Origin: Phyllobates terribilis
Taxonomy: Eukaryota
Direction of reading: 5' to 3'
Assembly: GCF_046119375.1 (NCBI RefSeq)
Contig: NW_027362765.1
Span: forward strand, 63,178,001-63,242,000
DNA: 64,000 nucleotides
In this document: piece by piece, positions 49,465 to 61,356 of the stretch
Numbering within the stretch: position 1 is the first letter of the stretch
Layout: each line of letters begins with the position of its first letter
Program-made: the position numbers and the translations under genes
Notes under the pieces: model-generated
Database searches by the model: none
What the model was told of the DNA's origin: nothing
Seen by the model: the letters and a program-made list of their open reading frames with translations, nothing else

Positions 49465-51165
49465 CATACACGTTTTCTCCAGCGCTTCTCACAAGGTGTG
49501 CCGAGCGTCTGTGGAGAAAATCACTTTCAGCAGACTTCATCCATTATAACTAATTTTCTCCATCTACTCTAATTTACCACCCACATCATATTACTAGCCA
49601 ACAATCCAAAATGACTCTTCAAAACCTGATCCCTAAAGTACAGGCCCTGATCACCAACCTCAGTGCTGACAATCTGGCCACTTATTTCCTACAAAGAAAT
49701 CAACCACATCCATTAACACATTTTTGCACAATCCCCTCAGACACTGGATCCCCTTCCCTCCTGCACCTCAAGCTCACTTTCCATCTTTGAGCCTGTCACA
49801 AAAAAAGTGACCAGGCTCCTTCCTTCTTCTCGCCCTACCAACTGTACTGGTGACCTTATTCCCCTCCAGTCCCTCTCCCCAGCTGTCACTACCTACCTAA
49901 TTAAAATATTTAACCTCTTTCTTCCGGTATCTTTCCCTCTTCATTCAAATACGCCATCCTAACACCTTTAATTAACCCCTTAAGGACCCTGGGATTTTCC
50001 ATTTTTGCATTTTCGTTTTTTGCTCCCCTTGATCCCAGAGCCATAGTGTTTTTATTTTTTGGTCAATATGGCCGTGTGAGGGCTTATTTTTTGCGGGACG
50101 AGTTGTACTTTTGAACAACATTACTGGTTTTACCATATCGTGTACAGGAAAACGGGAAAAAAATTCCAAGTGGGTGAAATTGCAAAAAAAAGTTTGCTAA
50201 AAAAAAAAAGGCGCCATTTTCCGAGACCAGTAGCGTCTCCATTTTTCAGGATCTGGGGCCGGGTGAGGGCTTATTTTTTGCGCGCCGAGCTTACATTTTT
50301 ATTGATACCATTTTGAGGTAGATCTGATGTTTTGATCGCCCGTTATTGCATTTTATTGCAATGTTGCGGCGACCAAAAAAATAATTCTGGCGTTTAGAAT
50401 ATTTTTCTCATTACGCCGCTTACCGTTCGAATTCTTTTTTTATATTGATAGATCGGGCGATTCTGAACGCGGTGATACCAAATATGTGTATGTGGGTTTT
50501 TTAAAAAAAAAAAAAAATTATTATTATTATTATTTTATTTTGAATGGGGCGAAAGGGGAGTGTTTAAACTTTTATATTTTTTAATTTTTTTAATAACATT
50601 TTTTTTACACTTTTTGCTTGCTTCTATAGTCTTCATAGGAGCAGCAACTGTCCGATCGCCTCTGCTACACAGAGGTGATGAGCAGATCACCTCTATGTAG
50701 CAGAAATGCTCCTGTGCTATGGCCGCCGACCACTAGGTGGCGCTCATAGCGATCATTACATGAAAACCACTGGGTTCTGCTGTAGACTCAGGGTTGTCAT
50801 GCCCACCCATCAGTGACCCGCAATCACGTGACGGGGTCACCGATGGGTGGGGTAAGTGACGCGCTTCCGGCGCTGCGCTGTTAAATGCCGCTGTCAGAGA
50901 TTGACAGAGGCATTTATCTGGTTAACAGCCGCGGGTGGATCGGGCACATGCCAGCTGTAATAATCAGCTTACATGTGCTCAGTTCAGTGCCGGAGCCCTC
51001 ACTGATGGCCTGGGGCGTACTAATATGTCCTAGGCTTTAAAGGGGTTAAAAACTGTTGAACTATGTGTTACTTTTTATTGTTTTTATTGTCTTTACATGT
51101 TCCCTCTTAATTGTAAAGTGCTGTGGAATATGTTGGCGCTATATATAAATAAAATTATTATTATA
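49465..51165 (+). mobile_element. L2 LINE fragments (pre-RT region and 3' tail) split by a piggyBac-type MITE
   Basis: Degenerate FPSSFKYAILTPL at about 49930-49970; tail ttaattgtaaagtgctgtggaatatgttggcgctatatataaataaaatt at about 51107-51160 matches 7883-7935. Confidence 0.7.
49976..51045. mobile_element. piggyBac-type non-autonomous element
   Basis: TTAA TSD on both sides; termini CCCCTTAAG / CCCCTTTAAAG. Confidence 0.8.
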
Positions 51166-51521
51166 CAATTAGTTTTACACTTGAGAAAGAGGCCAGACCA
51201 GAGTTGAAACATACTGTGAAATAAAAATTACATTACTTTACCTTTGGCAAAATAATCTTTATATCAGCAGCGCAGCCCACATCACTGTGTATCATTCATT
51301 CTTGCTAATTGCATTAATTTCCTAATCATTATTTAGTACTTTAAATTACATTTCTCTAGGTTAAACAAATGGCTAATTTTCATTGTAATTTCTTTGACAT
51401 TTGACTTTGTAAATTCTCTACATATGAATATGTCTTCTCCCATGTGATAATTCTTTACTGTGCAACAAAAGCTGATTTCCGGTTAACTAATTTCCCATAT
51501 TAGTGGCATGAAAATGGCTTC
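51160..51521 (-). pseudogene. 3' remnant (UTR and degenerate fingers) of a paralogous ZNF gene
   Basis: Colinear with 7940-8316; ends at KPFSCH codons, cut by the Penelope insertion. Confidence 0.85.
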
Positions 51522-53385
51522 AATATTATTTTGTGGCCAAATGTACTATATATCAAAGAAGCCACTCACCAGTTATCTAATATTTCCTGCTATCATGCGT
51601 TACCATCTGACCCTACTTCCTTTTTTAAGGACAATTTGGACACATTAATTCGGAAGGCCGGACATAACAGCATTCTAAATAAAAAATAAATGGACTTCCT
51701 TACCACTCCTCATCCGATCGTGACAACTTTTTATTTGCTGCCTAAAGTGCACAAGTCACTGGTGGAGCCACCAGGTAGGTCAATTGTCTCGGGCATAGGT
51801 GGGCTTTTTGAACACCCGTGTATATATTTGGATCATTTCCTTCAGCCGTTGTCCCAGTCTCTCAAGTCATGTGTTAGGGTCTCTTACCATCTCCTCCAAC
51901 ATCTTAATGGATTAACTATTCCTGAACACCATTCTCGTATCACTCGATGTAGAGTCCTTGTATACGAGTATATCACATGATTTGGGTATACAAGCAATCA
52001 CTTACTTTTTGAACCACCATTCTACGGGAGACTGTAGACAAGACTCTTTCATCTTGGAATTGTTGCATTTTGTCTTGGACAAAAATTACTTTGTCTTTGA
52101 CAGAAAATTTTATCGTCAGATAGCGGGTACTGCGATGGGCGCATGTTGTGCGCTCTCATATGTGAATCTATATCTAGGATGTTGGGAGGATACTGTGGTC
52201 TATGGACATGAGGCCTTGCGAAACAATGTGTTTACATGGCTCAGGTTTATAGATGATGTGCTTTTGTTATGGACAGGCACCCAGGAGGACTGTGAGGCTT
52301 TTATTGCTGACCTTAACAACAATGTCCTTAACATCAGGTTAACGTCTAATTTCTCCAGTTTGGAGATTGATTATCTTGATTTTAAATTGTCCAAGGTGGG
52401 TAGTCAAATTTGTACCACTCTTTATAGGAAAGCAACAGCTACAAACAATTTGCTACACTATACGAGCTTCCATCCGAGACACTTGCGAAATCGTATCCCG
52501 AAAGGGCAGTTTCTCCGGCTCAGGAGAAACTGCACCACGCTTGAGGAGTTCCATTGGCAATCTAAGGATCTAACCCAACGGTTCATCAAGAGAGGCTATC
52601 CACGACGTGTGATTTCTGGTGCACTTCAGAAAGCAAGAGGCCGGAATCGGGATGATCTACTACGAACACAGGTACGCAAGTCCACCATGCCACTAACCCT
52701 GATTACGACATTCAATAATCAGTGGTATGACAGCCGGGGCATTCTCACAAAAAATTGGTGAATACTACTTAGTGAGCCGAAACTGACGAGGCACATTTCA
52801 GCAACCCCCAGTATGGTTGCCCGGAGATCAAAGAACCTCAAGGATAGCCTCTGCTGGAGTCACTATACGCGTCCCTCTGTTAGGCTTGAAAAAGGGTGGT
52901 AGGATCTTTGGAACATCCCCCTGTGATGGCGGCAATATTTGCCAGCATATAGTGGCACAGGATGGCATTACACTTCCAACTGCCCCCTACCAGGTTCAAC
53001 TTAAAGCTTATTTTAATTGCAGATCACGCAACTTGGTATACGCTATGATCTGAGGATGCCCAAAGATTTATGTTGGACAGACAACACAGGAACTTAGGAA
53101 AAGGATCCAACAACACCTCTCGAATATTTCAACAGCAAAGAGGGACCGGGATAAGGAAAAGTCTATTACATCAGTGGCTGCGCATTTCTTGGAGGTCCAC
53201 AATAGCAGATTGGCCAGATTACAGGTAAAGGGACTGGAACATATACGAACAAACATTAGGGGAGGTGACCTCACTAATGCACTTTTGAGATGTGAATCAA
53301 AATGGATCTACAACCTACATAGCCTTGCTCCTCAGGGCCTCAATGGAGAATTATTATTTACAGCATTTTATAAACAGCTGTGAGA
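51522..53385 (+). mobile_element. Penelope-like retroelement, 5'-truncated; RT plus GIY-YIG pseudogene
   Basis: FYLLPKVHK..PPGRSIVSG, YRQIAGTAMG, RFIDDVLLLW, NCRSRNLVYAMI..IYVGQTTQELRKRIQQH, ..PQGLN; several frameshifts and stops. Confidence 0.92.
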
Positions 53386-54419
53386 TCGTTCTGTTAACGC
53401 TCCCCCATACAACTCTCCTTTTTTAGGGGCCTTTTTTCGAAAATCTCCAAGGACTTGTCAGGATGCCTAAGAAATAGTGTTGAGCGATACCTTCCGATAT
53501 CGGCAAATATCGGATCGGATTGGATCGGACCGATACCCCAAAAGTATCGGATATCGCTGATTCCGATACCGGAAACCAATGCAAGTCAATGGGACAGAAA
53601 TATCGGAATGAAAATAAACTCTTTCTTTCCTTGTAGGTTAATTCTACATGAAGGAAAACAACTAAGAATAATGTAGAATGTATTGGGGGAGGTGGGGGAG
53701 ACAATAAAGGCAAAGAGGTTTAGCCCAATCAAATGGAATAGCAGGAATTAATTTTTTTTTTTTAAGACGTTCTGAGTTACGGAAATATTGACTATGTTAA
53801 GTATTTTTATATTTTGTCAGATATTTATGTTTCACTACTTCCATGCTCTTCACCTTCTTTTTTACTTCTCCCACACTTTCTCCTTCATCATCCTCAGCAT
53901 CAGCATCTTTTTCATCCACTTCTTCTTCACCTTCTTCATCTTCTTCTTCTTCACCTTCTTCGTATTATTCTTTTTTTTTACATTCTTCATATTCTTCTTA
54001 TTCAACTATTATTCTTCTTCATATTCTACTTCTTCATCTTCTTCTTCTTCATCATATTCTTATTTGTGACAGGCATTCCTGTAGTTGTTATCTATAAAAG
54101 TTTGAACATTACACCTTTCGTTCTGCCCGTCACAAAAGATTTACAACAGGATTTGTCCGCGTTCAGTTTGGCCAGCAGCAACAGGTCTTTTCCAGGGGCA
54201 CCAAGAGGAGGAACGGACTCACCCCCATACACTGCTTAGTCATCTTCTGCTTGTAATTTAGATATTATCTTTTGCTCTGATTTTTAGTCTTATGCTTAAT
54301 GTTCTTCCGCGTTTTGTTCTGCAGCTTCTTGTACTTCTGCTTCTTGGTTTTCTGTCTTTTGTTCTTCTGTATCTTGGTGGTTGTCTTCTCTTCTTTGTCC
54401 TCTTGGTCAACTTTTTCAG

Positions 54420-54692
54420 GGTCATCTTCTTGGTCTTCTTCGGGGTGGTCTTCAGGGTTGTCGTCTTCGGGGTCCTCGTCTTCGGGGTCCTCGTCTTCTT
54501 CGGGTTGGTCTTCAGGGTCCTCGTCTTCGGAGTCCTCGTCTTCGGAGTCCTCGTCTTCTTCGGGGTGGTCTTCAGGGTCCTCGTCTTCTTCGGGGTGGTC
54601 TTCAGGGTCCTCGTCTTCAGGGTCGTCGTCTTCGGGGTCCTCGTCTTCTTCGGGTTGGTCTTCAGGGTCCTCGTCTTCAGGGTCCTCGTCAG
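54420..54692. repeat. 15/30-bp low-complexity repeat (cttcagggtcctcgt variants)
   Basis: Tandem GAAGACGAGGACCCT-type units on the minus strand; reads as EDEDP/EDHPE repeats. Confidence 0.9.
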
Positions 54693-54779
54693 GGAGATCC
54701 AGAGTGATTACCAAGAACCATTTGAAAAAGCTTGAACTTGGAAATGTAGCAGAAGGTACAAGAAGGCTGGGGAACTACC

Positions 54780-55870
54780 GAGGACCAGCTGACGGTACTG
54801 GAACCCGGATGGGTAGCAGAAGGTACAAGAGCCAATGGAACTACCGAGGACCAGCTGACGGTACTGGAACTCGGTTACTAAGCAGGAGGTACCTGTGCCA
54901 GAAAGCACTACCAAGGACCAGCAGACGTTGGTGGAACTTGGATACCGAGAAGGAGGCACCTAATCCAAAGGCACTGCTGAGAACCAGCTGACGGTACTTG
55001 AACCCGGATGGGTAGCAGAAGGTACCCATGTAAAAAAAAGTTTCAAGGCCGCGAGCCGGCCGCAGTTACCAAAACCCACAGTCCTACAGGGGGTGCTTGT
55101 CCTATTGGCACTATGGAACCAGCCTTCATTGCCAGATCCCGCAGCCCACACAGGAGTCACCTAAACTGCAGGCACCATAGAGTCAGCTAACCCGACCGCA
55201 ACACGACAGGACAACGCATTGGAGGCAAAGTGACGTTGACACTACCCGGAAACAGCTGACGTGTTGGAACCAGGCTGGGCAGGAGGGAGTACCCGTGCCA
55301 AAGACACTCCCGAGAACCAGCTGACGGTACTGGAACCTGGATGGGTAGTAGAAGGTACAAGAGCAAATGGAACTACCGAGGACCAGCTGACGGTACTGGA
55401 ACCCGGATGGGTAGCAGAAGGTACAAGAGCCAATGGAACTACCGAAGACCAGCTGACAGTACTGGAACTCGGTTACTAAGCAGGAGGTACCTGTGCCAGA
55501 AAGCAATACCAAGGACCAGCAGACGTTGGTGGAACTTGGATACCGCGAAGGAGGCACCTAATCCAAAGGCACTGCCGAGAACCAGCTGACGGTACTGGAA
55601 CTCGGATGGGTAGCAGAAGGTACCCATGTAAAAAAAAGTTTCAAGGCCGCGAGCCGGCCGCAGTTGCCAAAACCCACAGTCCTACAGGGGGTGCTTGTCC
55701 TATTGGCACTATGGAACCAGCTTTCATTGCCAGATCCCGCAGCCCACATAGGAGTCACCTAAACTGCAGGCACCATAGAGTCGGCTAACCCGACCGCAAC
55801 ACGACAGGACAACGCATTGGAGGCAAAGTGACGTTGACACTACCCGGAAACAGCTGGCGTGCTGGAACCA
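54780..55870. repeat. 598-bp higher-order duplication containing 66-bp subrepeats
   Basis: ccagctgacggtactggaac at 54785, 54851, 55317, 55383 and 55449 (66-bp steps); 598-bp offset for all landmarks (54785/55383, 55008/55606). Confidence 0.92.
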
Positions 55871-55914
55871 GGCTGGGCAGGAGGGAGTACCGGTGCCAAA
55901 GACACTGCTGGGAA

Positions 55915-57160
55915 ACAGCTGGCGGTGCTGGAACCCAGGGTAAATACTAAAAACAGAGTGGAGCCAGAGGCGTAATTGGAACAACTTTAAAATCTGTAGT
56001 AGTGTGAATGTGGACAGAGCAGGAGAATTTGCCGGACACACAGCTGGGGATCAGCTGACGTTACTGAACCCCAATAACACTGGAGCAAGAGTTGACTGTG
56101 CAGACGGCACTTCTGAGCAGCAACTAGCGGTATTGGAGCCCAGGGTAAATGCTAAAAACAGAGGAGCCAGAGGTGTAATTGGAGCAAGTTTTAAATCAGT
56201 AGTACAGTGGATGTGGACAAAGCAGGAGAATTTCCCGGACACACAGCAGGGGAACAGCTGACGTTACTGAACCCCAATAGCACGCCAGCAAGTTTTGACT
56301 GTGCAAACGGCACTTCCGAGCGCCAACTAGCGGTATTGGAGCCCAGGGTAAATACTAAAAACAGAGGAGCCAGAGGTGTAATTGGAGAAAGTTTTAAATC
56401 AGTAGTACAGTGGATGTGGACAAAGCAGGAGAATTTGCCGGACACACAGCAGGGGAACAGCTGACGTTACTGAACCCCAATAACACGCCAGCAAGTGTTG
56501 ACTGTGCAAACGGCACTTCCGAGCGCCAACTAGCGGTATTGGAGCCCAGGGTAAATACTAAAAACAGAGGAGCCAGAGGTGTAATTGGAGCAACTTTAAA
56601 ATCTGTAGTAGTGAGAATGTGGACAGAGCAGGAGAATTTGCCGGACACACAGCAGGGGAACAGCTGACGTTACTGAACCCCAATAACACGGCAGCAAGTG
56701 TTGACTGTGCAGACGGCACCTCCGAGCGCCAACTGGCGGTGTTGGAGCTCAGGGATAATACTGAAAACAGAGGAGCCAGATGTGTAATTGGAGCAACTTT
56801 AAAATCTGTAGTAGTGAGAATGTGGACAGAGCAGGAGAAATTGCCGTCCGCACAGCAGGGGAACAGCTGACGTTACTGAACCCCAATAACACGGCAGCAA
56901 ATGTTGACTGTGCAGACGGCACTTCCGAGCGCCAACTGGCGGTGTTGGAGCTCAGGGATAATACTGAAAACAGAGGAGCCAGAGGTGTAATTGGAGCAAC
57001 TTTAAAATCTGTAGTAGTGAGAATGTGGACAGAGCAGGAGAAATTGCCGTCCGCACAGCAGGGGAACAGCTGACATTACTGAACCCCAATAACACGGCAG
57101 CAAGTGTTGACTGTGCAGATGGCACTTCCGAGCGCCAACTGGCGGTGTTGGAGCTCAGGG
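55915..57160. repeat. 203-bp tandem repeat (6 units plus a partial) inside hAT copy 2
   Basis: Units start at 56004, 56207, 56410, 56613, 56816 and 57019. Confidence 0.95.
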
Positions 57161-57226
57161 ATTACAGTTCAGGTGGTAGAAACATGAACACAACAGGAGA
57201 CCTGGATACTGTTGCCAACCAATTAT

Positions 57227-60200
57227 TTATTCTGGAAGAGGACTGGCAAATTCATGAGAGATCCAGGCCTTGTTCATTTTGAGAAAAGTAAGCCGGTCAA
57301 CGTTATCGGAGGATAGTCGCATGCGACGGTCTGTTAGTACACCACCTGCGGCACTAAAGACGCGTTCCGATAATACACTAGCAGCAGGGCAAGCTAGCAC
57401 CTCCAATGCATACTGACTAAGCTCTGGCCATGTATCCAGCTTACAGACCCAAAACTTGAAGGGAGAAGAGCCGTCTGGGAGTACACTAAGAGGGCAAGAC
57501 ATGTAGTCTGTCACCATCTGACGGAAACGTTGCCTCCTGCTGACTGGAGCCGTCTGTGATGGTGTAGACATTTGTGGCGGTGGGGACACAAAACTTTGCC
57601 ACATTTCGGCCATACTGGTCATGCCTTGTGCTGAGGCACTGCTTCTGCTCCCTCTTTGTGCAGAGCTTCCTCCACTGCCTCGACGCACTGAGCTGCTTTG
57701 TAAAGCACTAGCAGCACTGCTCTCGGTTGGAATGGAGAACATGATGGAATGCACCAGTGCGTCTTGGTACTCCCGCATTTTACGCGTGCTATGAGGCTTT
57801 GTAAGTTGTCCCGGTAGCGAGGATCTAGGAGGGTGGACACCCAATAATCAGCCGTGTTGAGAATGTGGGCAATGCGGCGGTCGTTTCTCAGGCACTGCAG
57901 CATGAAATCAACCATGTGCTGCAGACTGCCAACTGGCCAAGAAACGCTGTCCCCTGCTTGAGGCGTGATCTCTGCCTGCTCTGCATCACCCCACCCTCGC
58001 TCTAGATACTGACTACTAAAGCATTGTGTACCTCCCTCCTCTGGACAGATGTCTTCCTCATCCATTGACTCCTCATCCTCCTCACAAAGTGTCCCCTGCC
58101 TAGGCCTTTGTGAGGAACCACGTTGCGCAGACTGTAGAGAAGCAGATGGCATTTGTGACTCCTCATCCTCCACCTCTTCCAAAACCTCGTCCCTTAGTGC
58201 TTGCGGTGTTTTTTCAAGCAGGCAGATAAGGGGGATAGTCATGCTGACTAGTGCATCATCTGCACTCGCCATCCGCGTGGAATAATCGAAGGCAGGCAAA
58301 ACGTGGCAAATGTCCTTCATAGAGGCCCACTCAGTGGTGGTGAAGTGTGAACGGCGCGCACTGCGACTTGTTTGCGCCTGCTGCAGCTGGTACTCCATTA
58401 CTGCTGCCTGCTGCTCACACAACCTCTCCAACATATGTAACGCTGAATTCCACCTGGTGGGTAGGTCACATATGATGCGATGTTCCAGAAGACGTAATCG
58501 GCGCTGCAGAGCTGCAATGCGTGATCTTGCATTGCTGGAACGCCGCAAGTGAGCGCACTCTATACGGACCTTGTGAAGCAGTGCATCAAGATCCGGATAG
58601 TCCCTCAAAAAACTCTGCATGACCAAGTTGAGCACATGTGCCAGACATGGGATGTGAGTGAGATTGCCTAGGCCCAGAGCTGCCACCAGATTTCGGCCAT
58701 TGTCACACACTACCATGCCTGGCTGGAGATTCGCTGGCACAAACCACACGTCGCTCTGCTGCTTGATGGCATTCCAGAGCTCCTGCGCTGTGTGGCTTCG
58801 ATTCCCCAAAGAAATTAATTTTAATACGGCCTGTTGACGTTTGGCCACGGCTGTGCTCATATCGGTCATCATAACAGGTAACCGTTCACGGGTCGATGTG
58901 GAGGTAGACCGTGACGGCTCCTGCAGCGCTGATTCAGAGGAACTGGAGTATGAGGAGGAGTCAATGTGTACAGACTGGATTCCTGCAATCCTTGGAGTTG
59001 GCAGAACACGTACAGCGCCACTCTCAAGATCTGTACCCGGCTCCACAACATTTACCCAATGGGCAATGAGGGAAAGGTATCGTCCCTGTCCATGCTTACT
59101 GGTCCACGCATCGGTGGTCAGGTGGACCTTGCTACTGACTGCGTTTTGTAGCGCATGTATAATTTTTCCCTCCACATGATGTTGCAGGGCAGGGACCGTT
59201 TGCCTGCTGAAATAAAAGAGGCTGGGCACGTTGTATTGTGGGACTGCCAATGCCATAAAGTTACGGAAGGTGTCAGTCTCCACCAGCCTGAATGATAGCA
59301 TTTCAAGGGCCAGTAGTTTAGCAATGCCAGCATTCAGAGCCTGTGCTCGGGGGTGGTTTGCAGAGTATGGACGCCTTTTCTCCCATGCCTGTGCTAACGA
59401 TGGCTGTAGACTGGCCTGGGAGTGTGAGGATGACTGGGAAAGTGGTGCTGTGGGTGGAATTACACTGTGTCTCTGTACAACAGTGCCAGAGATTCTTCCA
59501 TGGCGATCCTGTGAGGAAGCCGAACCAGCTGTGTGTGAGCTGGAGGAAGAGGCTACAACACGAGCTGAAGAGGTGGTAGGTGGCGCTGTAGGTTGGCCTA
59601 GGTCTTCAGTGTGTTTTTGTAACTCCACCACGTGCTTGGTTCGCACATGTTTCCACATATTTGTGGTATTGAGGTTGCTGACACTTTTCCCTCTTTTCAC
59701 CTTCTGATTACACAGCTTGCATTTGACAAAGCAAATGTCATCTGCAACTGTGTCAAAAAAGGACAGGCACTGCAAGTCTTGGGAGCGCCCGCTTTGGATT
59801 TTGGAAGAGCCATGCTCCTAATGGGTGCCGAAGTGGAGGCTACAGGCAACCAAGTCTGCCCCCTCCCTCTCCCTCCTTTTTGGGCTGTTCGGGGAATCTC
59901 TTCCTCAGAGCAGCTCCCACCACCTTCCTGTCCCTCAAGCCATGATGGGTCAAGGACCTCATCATCTACACCACCCTCATCAAACAACTGCTTCTCCTGG
60001 GTAGTCTCGACAGCACAGTACGCACCAGAAAGTGGCACCTGAGTCTCATCATCAGATGCGTACTGAGGTGTGCTGCTGACCATAGGCACTGGCCCACCCG
60101 CCTCTTCAGATTCAGAGAGACAAAACGGTTGCGCATCACTGCATACTACCTCTTCTTCAAATTCTCGAATTCTGCTTGGCTGGCCCCCTCTTTCCAAGCC

Positions 60201-60580
60201 AAGAGATTCAGAGAACAGAAGTAGAGATGGCTCCTGTCTGACTGCCTGGGCAATTTGGCAGGTGGTGAAAAGACAGATGGGTGCTCTTCAGTGCTCATGA
60301 CCTGAGAGGATCTGGAACTAATTGAAGTCGATGCGTTAGCTGCCATCCATCCGACAACGGCTTCAATTTGGTCCTCCCGCAGCAGTGGGGTACGGCTAGC
60401 TCCTACAAAGCTGCGCATAAAGGACTGTTCCCTGGTAAAACTGGGGGATGCTGAGTCACTGGTGCCCGCAGCAGGCACAGAATCCCCACGTCCTCTCCCT
60501 GCAGGCATAGAATCCTCACGTCCTGTCCCTGCAGAAACTCCATGCCCACGACCACATGCCTTACTCCCTGCCTTTTTCAT
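57227..60580 (-). pseudogene. hAT transposase family 1, copy 2, three frameshifts
   Basis: ORFs 60146-60580, 59697-60197, 57619-59775 and 57227-57844. Deletions of 10 bp (about 60238), 1 bp (about 59764) and 13 bp net (about 57786) relative to copy 1. VHLTTDAWTS, CDNG, CLAH and hATC motifs are present. Confidence 0.94.
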
Positions 60581-61302
60581 CTTGGTAGACTGATAAAGAT
60601 AGGCAGAAAAGTACTAAGGGCTTAGTGTGCTTATTCCTGAACAGCTGCTAACAGGTATAAGAAACACTAATTTTATAAAGTGTGGACTAGACTTTAATAT
60701 GAGCTAATGTGGCCTACACAACTGTAAAGTGGAGTGTTTGGTGAACTTTATTTAGGGTTTTTTTGTCACAAAAAGACACTGGATGTGCCCAAAGATGTAA
60801 GACCGATAGTATCACAAACTTTTTGTAGCTATTACAATGTAGGAAGGTAACCTACAATGCAATAGATGAGGCTACAAAAAATAGGCTAATACTAATCTGG
60901 CTGGGGCTGCAGGGCACAATGCTGCAGAAAGGCTCCTCTAACTACTCCTATATAGTGTGTTTGGAACCAATGTAGCTGAATACGGATGGAACCACCACAC
61001 TAATAGGAGAAATCAGGAAAAATTATGAGTTGGCAAAAAAGGACAATGTATGAGGCAGTGACACACACTGAGTGCACTACAACCAGATGTGGCTGAAGCA
61101 CACACTACAGGGTGAGCTGCACTCACACACACAGACCTTGCAGACAGCGGTGAACAGCACAGAGAACTGTGCACTAGCGCTGCAAGGCACAGCGATTTAT
61201 AAAGTAGCTTGGGTAAAGCAGAATAGACCAAATAGGTAGCTAAAACTGTCCCTTAGAACAACAGCGTCCTATCCCTAACTGAATTCACAGCAGAGTGAGC
61301 TC

Positions 61303-61356
61303 AAAAGGGCGGCGGCGGCTTTTATAGTGCATCATGACATCATTTCAGCAGCCAAT
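61303..61356 (-). promoter_or_regulatory. Putative transposase promoter, copy 2
   Basis: CCAAT (61352-56), TGATGTCA and TATAAAA (61320-26) are retained; the YY1-like GCCATTTT is mutated to GCCCTTTT. Confidence 0.5.

Noticed and set aside
53788-54239. Phe/Leu-rich plus-strand ORFs as membrane proteins
   Set aside because: They are the antisense reading of TCT/TCA low-complexity repeats.
54330-54365. TKKQK match to the prothymosin-alpha nuclear localisation signal as evidence of a captured gene
   Set aside because: A five-residue match in Lys-rich low-complexity sequence is expected by chance, and there is no other alignable similarity.
56004-57160. Regular repeats as a CRISPR array
   Set aside because: The units are homologous along their whole 203 bp with no unique spacers, there are no cas genes, and the context is eukaryotic.
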